Shown here in pieces: positions 7,921 to 16,378 of a DNA stretch of 64,000 nucleotides (its first letter is position 1; every line of letters starts with the position of its first letter). Under the pieces are notes generated by a model, which was given only the letters and a program-made list of their open reading frames with translations, ran no database searches and was not told the origin of the DNA. Where the stretch lies: assembly GCA_035636095.1 (NCBI GenBank), contig DASPZU010000118.1, positions 1,316-65,315 on the forward strand, given 5' to 3'. This DNA is from Thermoanaerobaculia bacterium (lineage in GTDB: Bacteria > Acidobacteriota > Thermoanaerobaculia > Gp7-AA8). Made by a program: the position numbers and the translations under genes.

Positions 7921-9980
7921 AGAGATTGATCGTTGCTGCGTTCGTGCTCCTGGCCACCGCGGCGGTGGCCGACGAGGGGATGTGGCTTTTCAACCGTCCG
8001 CCCCGCGCGATTTTCAAACAGCGCTATAACTTCGAGCCGTCGCAGACGTGGCTGGATCACCTGCAGAAATCGTCGATTCGATTCAACAACGGCGGATCGG
8101 GATCGTTTGTCTCGGCCGACGGGCTCATTCTCACCAACCACCATGTCGGCCTGGACTGTCTGCAGAAGCTCAGCACTGCCACTCACGACTACGTCGCAAC
8201 CGGTTTTCATGCGAAAACGCATGCCGAGGAAGTGAAGTGCGTCGATCTCGAGCTCAACGTTCTCATGAGCATCGAAGAGGTGACGCAGCGCGTGAGCGGC
8301 GCCGTGACGCCAGCCATGAGCACCGAGGAAGCGAACCGCGCGCGGCGGGCGGTGATGAACACGATCGAGAAGGAGTCGCTCGATAAGACCGGACTGCGGA
8401 GCGATGTCGTCACGCTTTTCCGCGGCGGCGAATATCACCTCTATCGCTACAAGAAGTACACCGATGTGCGGCTGGTGTTCGCGCCGGAAGTGGCAATCGC
8501 GTTTTACGGCGGCGATCCCGACAACTTCGAATATCCGCGCTACGACCTCGACATCTGTGTCTTTCGCGCGTATGAAAACGACAAGCCCGTCAAAGTCGAA
8601 AACTACCTGCGCTTCAATCCCAACGGTCCGAACGATGGCGATTTGATTTTCGTCTCCGGCCATCCCGGCAACACCGATCGACTCGACACTCTCGAGAACC
8701 TCGAATTTTTCCGCGATTACACCTATCCGTTCCAGTTGAACACCCTCCGCCGGCGAGAGGTGCTGCTCGATACTTACAGCGAGCGAAGCGCAGAGAACGA
8801 GCGTCGCGCTCACGATCAGCTGTTCAGCATCAAGAATTCTCGCAAGGCGTACATCGGCCTTCTGGCCGGATTGCAGGATCCGGTGATCCTGAAAAAGAAA
8901 GCCGACTCCGAAGCAGTGTTGCGCCAGAAGGTGAGCGGCGATCCGCAGCTCAACAGCGCCTACGGCGATGCGTGGCAGATGGTGCACAACGCCTTCGAGA
9001 CCTACAAGCCATTCATGATCGAGTTCCGATACCTGGAAGGAGGAACGGCATTCAACAGCCGCCTGTTCGGCATGGCCAGAACAATCGTCCGGCTGGCCGA
9101 TGAATCGCAGAAACCGAACGCCGATCGGCTGCGCGAGTATCGCGCGTCGAACCTCGAGTCTCTCAAGCAGCAACTGTATTCGACGGCTCCGATCTACGAA
9201 GACCTCGAGACGATTCGGTTCGCCGACTCGCTCTCGCAGTGGCTGGAAGCGCTCAGCCCGAACGACCCGACCGTCAAGCAGCTCCTCAGCGACAAATCGC
9301 CGAACGATCTGGCGTCGGAGCTGGTCCGCGGTACGAAGCTCAAAGATGTCGCCGAGCGCAAGCGGCTCGCCGAAGGCGGAAAGGCGGTGGTCGAGGCATC
9401 GAACGATCCGATGATCCGCGTGGCACGTCTTGTCGATCCGCGAGCGCGCGAGCTGCGGAAAAAGTACGAGGACAGCGTCGACGAGACGCTGACGCAGGCT
9501 TACGCCAAGATCGCCAACGCGACCTTCAAGACCATGGGCGGCGAAACATATCCCGACGCCACCTTCACGCTGCGATTGTCGTTCGGGACCGTGAAGGGCT
9601 TCCTGGAGAACGGAAATCAGATTCCGTGGTCGACCACCATGGCGGGAACGTTCGAGCGCGCCGCACAGCACAAGAATCAACCGCCGTTCGAGCTTCCCAA
9701 GTCATGGATTGCGAAAAAGGCGGCCATCAAGGGCAGCACGCCCTTCAACTTCGTCAGCACTGCCGACATCATCGGCGGCAATTCGGGGAGCCCGGTGGTC
9801 GATCGCGCCGGCGAGTTCGTCGGCATCATCTTCGACGGCAATCTGCAGTCGCTGCCGTGGGACTATCAATTCGATGATCGCGTTGGACGCGCGGTGGCCG
9901 TCGATTCCGCCGCGATTCTCGAGGCTCTGCGTCACGTTTACGCCGCCGACAATGTGGTCGCCGAGCTGACCAAGAAATGA
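7905..9980 (+). CDS. S46 family serine peptidase (dipeptidyl-peptidase 7/11-like)
   Basis: Signal peptide, then DEGMWLFN and GGSGSFVSADGLILTNHHV, typical of peptidase S46. The GTG at 7917 overlapping the upstream stop (GTGA) is an alternative start. Confidence 0.85.
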   Translation: MGGLVKRLIVAAFVLLATAAVADEGMWLFNRPPRAIFKQRYNFEPSQTWLDHLQKSSIRFNNGGSGSFVSADGLILTNHHVGLDCLQKLSTATHDYVATGFHAKTHAEEVKCVDLELNVLMSIEEVTQRVSGAVTPAMSTEEANRARRAVMNTIEKESLDKTGLRSDVVTLFRGGEYHLYRYKKYTDVRLVFAPEVAIAFYGGDPDNFEYPRYDLDICVFRAYENDKPVKVENYLRFNPNGPNDGDLIFVSGHPGNTDRLDTLENLEFFRDYTYPFQLNTLRRREVLLDTYSERSAENERRAHDQLFSIKNSRKAYIGLLAGLQDPVILKKKADSEAVLRQKVSGDPQLNSAYGDAWQMVHNAFETYKPFMIEFRYLEGGTAFNSRLFGMARTIVRLADESQKPNADRLREYRASNLESLKQQLYSTAPIYEDLETIRFADSLSQWLEALSPNDPTVKQLLSDKSPNDLASELVRGTKLKDVAERKRLAEGGKAVVEASNDPMIRVARLVDPRARELRKKYEDSVDETLTQAYAKIANATFKTMGGETYPDATFTLRLSFGTVKGFLENGNQIPWSTTMAGTFERAAQHKNQPPFELPKSWIAKKAAIKGSTPFNFVSTADIIGGNSGSPVVDRAGEFVGIIFDGNLQSLPWDYQFDDRVGRAVAVDSAAILEALRHVYAADNVVAELTKK

Positions 9981-10066
9981 CGCGAAGCGTCATCCGGAGC
10001 CGAGCAGACGGCGCAGGATCTCGTTGACGGAGATCCTTCCCCCGCTCCGCGGGGTCAGGATGACGA
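9977..10066. repeat. REP-like palindromic element (full copy)
   Basis: TGACGCGAAGCGTCATCCGGAGCC...GCAGGATCTCGTTGACGGAGATCCTTCCCCCGCTCCGCGGGGTCAGGATGACG. Both arms are present. It lies downstream of the S46 gene and overlaps the GTG start of the next gene. Confidence 0.7.
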
Positions 10067-10067
10067 T

Positions 10068-10547
10068 GTGAGAGCTCGCCCTGCCACAACGGACGACGCG
10101 GCGGCCATCGCTCGCATCTACAACGAAGGGATCGAGGAGCGGATCGCGACTTTCGAGACGCGGCCGCGCGCTGCCGCCGACATCGAGAAATGGTTTGACG
10201 GCCGCCATCCCATCGTCATCATCGAGGAGAGCGGCGAAGTCATCGCCTTCGCATCGACATCGATGTACCGGCCGCGCGACGCCTACGCCGGCATCGCCGA
10301 ATTTTCGGTTTACGCCGCGCGCAGCGCGCGAGGAAGGGGCGCCGGCCGGGCGGCCATGCTGGCGCTGTTCGAGGCCGCACGCGAGGCCGGCTTCTGGAAA
10401 TTAGTCTCGCGCGTTTTCGTTGAGAATGCCGCCAGCCGCGCGCTGCTGCGGTCGGTCGGATTCCGAGAAGTCGGCATCTATGAGCGTCACGCGCAGCTCG
10501 ACGGGATCTGGCGCGATGTGGTGATTGTGGAAAAACGACTGGAATGA
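10068..10547 (+). CDS. GNAT family N-acetyltransferase (phosphinothricin acetyltransferase-like)
   Basis: 159 aa with GNAT motifs (RGRGAGRAAM..., FVENAASRALLRSVGF). The GTG start lies inside the REP arm. Confidence 0.8.
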   Translation: MRARPATTDDAAAIARIYNEGIEERIATFETRPRAAADIEKWFDGRHPIVIIEESGEVIAFASTSMYRPRDAYAGIAEFSVYAARSARGRGAGRAAMLALFEAAREAGFWKLVSRVFVENAASRALLRSVGFREVGIYERHAQLDGIWRDVVIVEKRLE

Positions 10548-10559
10548 CAAGCTGATCAG

Positions 10560-12341
10560 GTGACCGACCCGCAACACATCCGCAACTTCTCGATCATCGC
10601 CCACATCGACCACGGCAAGACGACGCTCTCCGATCGTCTGCTGCAGAAGACGGGCGCAGTAGAAGTGCGCGAGATGCACGATCAGATGCTCGACGACATG
10701 GACCTCGAGCGGGAGCGCGGCATCACCATCAAAGCCCGGGCGGTCACGATTCGCTATGGGGACTACACCTTTAACTTGATCGACACTCCGGGCCACGTCG
10801 ATTTCACCTACGAAGTTTCGCGAAGCCTCGCGGCCTGCGAAGGCGCGGTGCTGGTCGTCGACGCGACGCAGGGCGTGGAAGCGCAGACGCTCGCGAACAG
10901 CTATCTCGCGATCAACAACAATCTCGCGATTCTGCCGGTCATCAACAAGGTCGACTTGCCGTCCGCCGAACCGGAGAAGGTTCGCGAACAGATCGAGAAC
11001 GTGATCGGGCTCGACGCGCACGATGCCGTGCTCGCCAGCGCGAAGGCCGGCATCGGGATCGACGAGATCCTCGAGAAGATCATCACCAACATTCCGCCGC
11101 CAAAGGGCTCTTCGGATGGGCCACTGCGCGCGCTGTTGTTCGACTCCTGGTACGACTCCTATCGCGGCGTCATGAGTCTCCTGCGAGTCGTCGACGGCGA
11201 GATCCGCACTGGGATGAAGATCCGATTCATGTCGACCGGCCGCTCCTATGAAGTCACGGAGCTGGGCATCTTCACGCCCAAACCCAAAGCAGTCGATTCG
11301 CTCGGCGTCGGTGAAGTCGGGTTCCTTTCCGCAAACATCAAGGACATCGTGCAGGCGAAGATCGGCGACACGGTGACAGGCGAGCGCGACGACCCGACGC
11401 CGCTTCCCGGCTTTCAGGAAGTCAAGCCGATGGTGTTTGCCGGAATCTTCCCGATCAATACCGAGGATTACGAGCAGCTCCGCGATGCCGTCGCCAAGAT
11501 GAAACTCAACGACGCATCCTTCAGCTACGAACCCGAAAGCTCCGTGGCCCTCGGATTCGGATTCCGGTGCGGCTTTCTCGGCCTTCTCCACATGGAGATC
11601 ATTCAGGAGCGCCTGGAGCGCGAGTTCAATCTCGAGCTGCTCACCAGTGCCCCCGGAGTGCGCTATCGCGTGACAAAAACTGACGGGGAAGTGCTCGAGA
11701 TCGAGAACCCGCAGAAGATGCCCGACCCCGCATTCATCAGTTCCATCGAGGAGCCGTTCCTGGAAGTGACCATCCTCTCCACCGACGAATTCGTTGGCCC
11801 AATTCTCGCTCTGGCAATCGACCGGCGTGGCCAGCAGAAGAAGCTGGAGTACGTCAGCGGCAACAGAGTAATGATTGTGTACGAAATGCCGTTGAATGAG
11901 GTGATCCTCGATTTCTTTGACAAGCTGAAATCGATCTCACGCGGATACGCCTCACTCGATTATCAGTTCGTCGGCTATCGCGAAAGCGATCTGGTCAAGA
12001 TGGACATTCTGGTCAATGGCGAGCCGCTCGACGCGCTTTCTCTGATCGTGCATCGCGAGAAGGCCTATGCCCGCGGCAAGTTGCTCGTGGAAAAGATGAA
12101 GGAGTTCATTCCCCGCCAAATGTTCGAAGTTGCCCTGCAGGCCGCGATCGGAAATCGCGTGATCGCCCGTGAAACCGTCAAACCCCTGCGCAAGAACGTC
12201 CTGGCCAAGTGCTACGGCGGCGACATCACGCGCAAGAGAAAACTTCTGGAGAAACAAAAAGAAGGGAAAAAGCGGATGAAACGGGTCGGGAAGGTCGAGA
12301 TTCCGCAAGAGGCTTTTCTGGCTGTCTTGAAGATCGACTGA
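10560..12341 (+). CDS. lepA: elongation factor 4
   Basis: [20 protein letters not shown] and DTPGHVDF. Full-length LepA similarity, 593 aa. Confidence 0.95.
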   Translation: MTDPQHIRNFSIIAHIDHGKTTLSDRLLQKTGAVEVREMHDQMLDDMDLERERGITIKARAVTIRYGDYTFNLIDTPGHVDFTYEVSRSLAACEGAVLVVDATQGVEAQTLANSYLAINNNLAILPVINKVDLPSAEPEKVREQIENVIGLDAHDAVLASAKAGIGIDEILEKIITNIPPPKGSSDGPLRALLFDSWYDSYRGVMSLLRVVDGEIRTGMKIRFMSTGRSYEVTELGIFTPKPKAVDSLGVGEVGFLSANIKDIVQAKIGDTVTGERDDPTPLPGFQEVKPMVFAGIFPINTEDYEQLRDAVAKMKLNDASFSYEPESSVALGFGFRCGFLGLLHMEIIQERLEREFNLELLTSAPGVRYRVTKTDGEVLEIENPQKMPDPAFISSIEEPFLEVTILSTDEFVGPILALAIDRRGQQKKLEYVSGNRVMIVYEMPLNEVILDFFDKLKSISRGYASLDYQFVGYRESDLVKMDILVNGEPLDALSLIVHREKAYARGKLLVEKMKEFIPRQMFEVALQAAIGNRVIARETVKPLRKNVLAKCYGGDITRKRKLLEKQKEGKKRMKRVGKVEIPQEAFLAVLKID

Positions 12342-12364
12342 TCACTCTCCCGCCGGAGGGTGCC

Positions 12365-12997
12365 ATGAAGTCTTCGCTTGCAGCAGTTGCAGCAATGTTG
12401 ATCGGCGGAACCGCCATGGCGGCACAAGTCGATTTCAAGGATCCGCGGCGGGCGCTCGGCCGTGAGGGGGATGTCCGCGTGGATGCCGAGCTGGCGCAGG
12501 ACACAATCTCGCAAACTTCTCCGATCAACGTCACCTACCAGATCCAGAATCTGTCGGCTGCCCCTGTGGCAATCGCCGACAGGACTTTTGACACCAATTT
12601 TGATTGCGATTCGCGAACGATCAGGGTCTCGATCGGCGCGGAAGTTCCTCCCGGGCCGAATATGCCGCACCTCGCCATCATCCGTCCCGGTGAGAAGCGG
12701 GTGTTTTCCGGTGGAGCGCTCCTCCACATCGTGACGCCAAACTTCCGCACTCCCTGGACAGCGGTTCCGAGGTACATTCAGATTCAAGTGATGATGCTGC
12801 GTGACGTTACGCCGTTTCAGAAGCTGATCGAGCTGCAGTCAAAGACCACCCTCCCGGTGCCGCTTTCCAACGAAATGTTCGACCGCTGGGTGGAAGCCAG
12901 CGAGTCCGTTCTTCTCAACACCATTCCGGTATATTGGAAGAACGAGAACCGCCGCGGAACCGCCGAAAGCGACCAGCCCTTGTCGGGAACTTACTGA
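12365..12997 (+). CDS. secreted hypothetical protein (tandem paralog A)
   Basis: Signal peptide MKSSLAAVAAMLIGGTAMA. Paralogous to the 13031 gene (shared ...PRR..G.E.DVR.DAE..., IRPGE...F motifs). Confidence 0.5.
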   Translation: MKSSLAAVAAMLIGGTAMAAQVDFKDPRRALGREGDVRVDAELAQDTISQTSPINVTYQIQNLSAAPVAIADRTFDTNFDCDSRTIRVSIGAEVPPGPNMPHLAIIRPGEKRVFSGGALLHIVTPNFRTPWTAVPRYIQIQVMMLRDVTPFQKLIELQSKTTLPVPLSNEMFDRWVEASESVLLNTIPVYWKNENRRGTAESDQPLSGTY

Positions 12998-13030
12998 GAC
13001 TCCCAGGCGTTTCTCGAGGGGGAAGCTCTC

Positions 13031-13666
13031 GTGAAACGGTACTCGCCACTCGCGTTCCTACTCATCGTGATCGCGTGTACGTCGACCAAGCCTGTCGACA
13101 TGAAGGAACCGCGGCGTGTGGTGGGGACGGAGAGCGACGTGCGGATCGATGCCGAGGTTTACGGTGATCGGCTGGGCCCGAACATTACGCTTCCGCTCAA
13201 ATACGATGTGACCAATCACCGCAACACCACCATTCTGATCGCCGATCTGCTTCCGGACGCCACCTACGATCAAGAGACGCACATGGTGACGATCAGCATC
13301 GGGTCCGAGATCCCTGGCGAGCATTTCCTGCCGCGTCTCATTCCGATTCGTCCCGGCGAGCGGAAAAGCTTCTCGACAGCCGCTCACGTCGTGATCGTCG
13401 CGAATCCGGGATCTCCGTGGACGCCGCGCCCGAATGCGCTGCGGTTGAAAGTGAACTTCCTGGGCAACACCTCGCCCTTCGAAATGCTGATCGCGATTCC
13501 CGAGAAGGCTGTTCACGATCCGGTTCTGGCGGCGCAGCTCTTTCCGAAGTGGGTCGAGGGCAACGAGACGGTCTTTACGAACTCGCTTCCGATGCGCTGG
13601 ATCACGGTCTCCGAAGAACCGACCCCGGCCACCACGCCCTCCCGGCGCCGGCGCGGCGGAACGTAG
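13031..13666 (+). CDS. lipoprotein, hypothetical (tandem paralog B)
   Basis: Lipobox-like LLIVIACTST. Paralog of the 12365 gene. Confidence 0.5.
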   Translation: MKRYSPLAFLLIVIACTSTKPVDMKEPRRVVGTESDVRIDAEVYGDRLGPNITLPLKYDVTNHRNTTILIADLLPDATYDQETHMVTISIGSEIPGEHFLPRLIPIRPGERKSFSTAAHVVIVANPGSPWTPRPNALRLKVNFLGNTSPFEMLIAIPEKAVHDPVLAAQLFPKWVEGNETVFTNSLPMRWITVSEEPTPATTPSRRRRGGT

Positions 13667-13743
13667 AAGGTTAGGCGGTCTCGGAGTCGCGAGGTCTCGG
13701 CGGGGGGGACTCCGCAACCGCGAAACCCCGCGACCGCGGAACC

Positions 13744-14079
13744 TCAGAAGCTTTTCACCGCCTCCTGCTCGTTCTCGTAGACCTCGAACACTGTAATGAG
13801 CTGCGTGACGTGCAGCAGCTCGTTCAGTTTGGCAGGCAGGTGAAGGAGCTTGAGCTTGCCGCCACGATTGGTGACGGTGGTGTACGAGCCGACCAGCTCA
13901 CCGATGCCTGACGAATCGATGGTCGTGACGCCACTCATGTCGAGCAGGATCCTCGTTTTTCCCTGATTGAGCGCGTTCGTGATGATCTCGCGGAGCTGCT
14001 GGTCACCCGAGCCAATGGTGATCTTGCCATCGAGCTTGATGACCTCAACGTTGTCAACCGTACGCGGGGTGGCTTTCAT
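13744..14079 (-). CDS. STAS-domain anti-sigma factor antagonist (SpoIIAA/RsbV-like)
   Basis: 111 aa. The DMSGVTTIDSSGIGELV region is typical of anti-anti-sigma STAS domains. Confidence 0.8.
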   Translation of the reverse strand: MKATPRTVDNVEVIKLDGKITIGSGDQQLREIITNALNQGKTRILLDMSGVTTIDSSGIGELVGSYTTVTNRGGKLKLLHLPAKLNELLHVTQLITVFEVYENEQEAVKSF

Positions 14080-14101
14080 TGTCCTCTCTCCTTCTTGCTC
14101 G

Positions 14102-14554
14102 CTAGACCTTGCTGCTCGCGACGCCCGTTCCTTTCGCGAGGTTTTTCGTCATGACCAAAGACGTTCCGCCGCCGGGGGCAAATGAATATCGCACCTGGTC
14201 CATGAAAGTCTTCATATAAAAAATGCCGCGGCCGCTGGTCTTCATCAGATTCTGTGGATTCAGAGGATCGCCGATGGTGGCCGGATCGAACCCGGCCCCT
14301 TCGTCGGAGATCCTGATCTCCAGCTCGTGGTCGTGAAGATGAAACGTCGCGTTCACTTTTTTCCGCACGTCGAGCTTGTTGCCATGCTTGATGGCGTTGG
14401 CGACCGCCTCGCGAACCGCCATCCCGATCCAGTGCGACCCGTCTTCGTCCAATCCGGCGTTCTCACAGAGATGTTCGGCGATCACCTGGACGAGCTCGAT
14501 GTTCTCGAATCGGCTGCTGATGGTGATCTCGATTCGCTCGCCGTCCCTATCCAT
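14102..14554 (-). CDS. anti-sigma regulatory factor, Ser/Thr protein kinase (RsbW/SpoIIAB-like HATPase_c)
   Basis: 150 aa from MDRDGERIEITI. GHKL ATPase motifs (EAVANAIKHGN, DEGAGFD). The ORF upstream of this Met is a GC-driven extension. Confidence 0.75.
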   Translation of the reverse strand: MDRDGERIEITISSRFENIELVQVIAEHLCENAGLDEDGSHWIGMAVREAVANAIKHGNKLDVRKKVNATFHLHDHELEIRISDEGAGFDPATIGDPLNPQNLMKTSGRGIFYMKTFMDQVRYSFAPGGGTSLVMTKNLAKGTGVASSKV

Positions 14555-14899
14555 GAAAACCGGTCGGCATTCTAGCAGGGTGCTAGAAAAATGCGACGCG
14601 TTCCGGCGGGCGCGTTGCGGCCCAGATGCGACGAGCGAGGAGGGGGTGATGTGGTGACATCGTTGACGACGAGCGAGAAAGCAGATTGGCCGCAACGTAC
14701 CCAACCCTCCGGGTTGCGGACGGCGACCGGCCGTCCATTTCGTCGTCGCTGCTCGACCTTGTCCGCGCATCGCCGTCGCGACTCCTTGCATCCGGCCGGT
14801 CGGCGTCCGCAACGGAATGCGTCGGATTCTTGTAGCGCCCTGCCAGGGAGGGGCACTGAGCCCGCAAGACGGAATGAGCGCCGCGGAGGGCTGGTTCGC

Positions 14900-16021
14900 A
14901 TGCGCATGTCGAGGCTTTCGAAGCATATCGCGGCAGCGCTCCTTCTCGTTGGCAGCGTTTCAGTTGCGTCGTCTTTGGACAAGGAGATGCGCGAAGTCGA
15001 GAGGCTTCGCGGCCTCACCTTCGCTCACGATGTCACGCAGCGGACCATCGATCGCAGCGAACTGCGACCGCTGATCCGCCAGCAGCTCGCCAAGTCCATT
15101 CCGTACTCCATCGAAGACTACGTGAAGATTCTTCAGGCGCTGCAGTTCGTGGATGCATCCACCCCCGATGTCATCGAGCGCATGTTCAAGTTGTACGACT
15201 CGCAGGTGCTGGCATTCTACGATCCGATGACGCACACCTATTTCGCGATCCGGCAGCTTCCGGAGAGTCTGGCCGGCCTCGGCGACGCCGACGCGCTGCG
15301 CAAGTCGGTCGTCATGCACGAATTGACGCACGCCCTGCAGGATCAGCGTTTCGACGCCGCGGCCCGCGACAAGGCATTGCAAAAGGACACCGATGGCGAG
15401 CTTGCCTATCACGCCCTGCTGGAAGGGGAGGCGACGCTGGTCATGCTCGACTACCTGCTGCAGAAGTCGGGGCAGTCGCTTGACGAGGCCATCAAGAGCG
15501 ATTTTCTGATCAACGCGTTAGGCGGAGCGGAGGCCGAGAAGACTGTCGATCCCGACACGCCGCGCTACTTTGTGGAGGTTCTCAAGTTTCCGTACCTGGA
15601 AGGCCTGAAACTCGTGGCGGAAGCTTATCGCCATGGCGGCTGGAAAGAGATCGGCAAGATGCACGCGAATCCGCCGCGGACGACGCGTGAGCTCCTGCAC
15701 CCGGCCGAATATTGGGCGCGCGTCGCGCGTGGAGAAAAAGGAGCGGCGCCGTTCGATCCTCCTCGTTCCCGCGACACCCTGACCATCGAACGCCTGGGCG
15801 AGTTTCACTGGCGATATCTCGTCGGCGATCGTGCCGAGGGCTGGGTTGACGATCGCGTCACTGTCAAGCGCGACGGAAGCGTCCTGGCCGAAACGCAATG
15901 GGAGAATCCCGCCAGGGCGGCCGCCTTCCGTGATGCCTACGCAAAATTCCTCCGCGATCACAAAATCGATCCTCAGGTCTCGAGCAACGGCGCGTCGGTC
16001 ACGATCGCCTACAAACCATGA
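14900..16021 (+). CDS. putative secreted zinc metallopeptidase (HExxH, uncharacterised family)
   Basis: Signal peptide MRMSRLSKHIAAALLLVGSVSVA. HELTHALQD HExxH motif with a downstream EGEA. The start is placed at the in-frame Met that carries the signal peptide. Confidence 0.6.
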   Translation: MRMSRLSKHIAAALLLVGSVSVASSLDKEMREVERLRGLTFAHDVTQRTIDRSELRPLIRQQLAKSIPYSIEDYVKILQALQFVDASTPDVIERMFKLYDSQVLAFYDPMTHTYFAIRQLPESLAGLGDADALRKSVVMHELTHALQDQRFDAAARDKALQKDTDGELAYHALLEGEATLVMLDYLLQKSGQSLDEAIKSDFLINALGGAEAEKTVDPDTPRYFVEVLKFPYLEGLKLVAEAYRHGGWKEIGKMHANPPRTTRELLHPAEYWARVARGEKGAAPFDPPRSRDTLTIERLGEFHWRYLVGDRAEGWVDDRVTVKRDGSVLAETQWENPARAAAFRDAYAKFLRDHKIDPQVSSNGASVTIAYKP

Positions 16022-16293
16022 ATGTCGATTACGAAAATCTCGAGCGCGATCTCGTCACCGGACTTTTTCGGGAATCGCTGCGGGAGGAGCTGGTGGCCGG
16101 CTTTCGTCAGATTCAGGCTTCCGGCGAGCGCTTGCCGGCAGCATCGCACTACGCATCGCAGATTGCAGAGATCGTCAGTCGTGGCGCCGACGCGCCGCTG
16201 AAGCCTGATCTCGCCTTCGAGCTGTATCAGGAGATCCTCGACGCCGTGGAGGCTGCGCGAGCGATGGTGTTGGGCGAGGAACGGCCGCAGTAA
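16018..16293 (+). CDS. hypothetical small protein (translationally coupled, ATGA overlap)
   Basis: 91-aa ORF whose start overlaps the upstream stop. No recognisable domain. Confidence 0.4.
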   Translation: MNVDYENLERDLVTGLFRESLREELVAGFRQIQASGERLPAASHYASQIAEIVSRGADAPLKPDLAFELYQEILDAVEAARAMVLGEERPQ

Positions 16294-16368
16294 AGGCAGA
16301 AGGCAGAAAGCAGAAGGCAGAAGTGAGTGCGCGCGACTTCTGCCTTCTGCTTTCTGCCTTCTGCCTTA
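16293..16368. repeat. (AAGGCAG)n long palindromic hairpin element
   Basis: AAGGCAGAAGGCAGAAAGCAGAAGGCAGAAGTGAG-loop-CACTTCTGCCTTCTGCTTTCTGCCTTCTGCCTT. A second copy lies at 59665-59764. Confidence 0.7.
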
Positions 16369-16378
16369 AGATCTCCCC

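Noticed and set aside
14591-14899. N-terminal 103-aa extension of the metallopeptidase ORF
   Set aside because: The extension is Arg/Pro-rich junk antisense to the kinase gene region. A clean signal peptide begins at the Met at 14900.
16293-16368. Possible CRISPR array ((AAGGCAG)n repeats)
   Set aside because: The 7-bp unit is directly tandem without spacers and is mirrored as a reverse complement. This is a hairpin element, not repeat-spacer architecture, and there are no cas genes.
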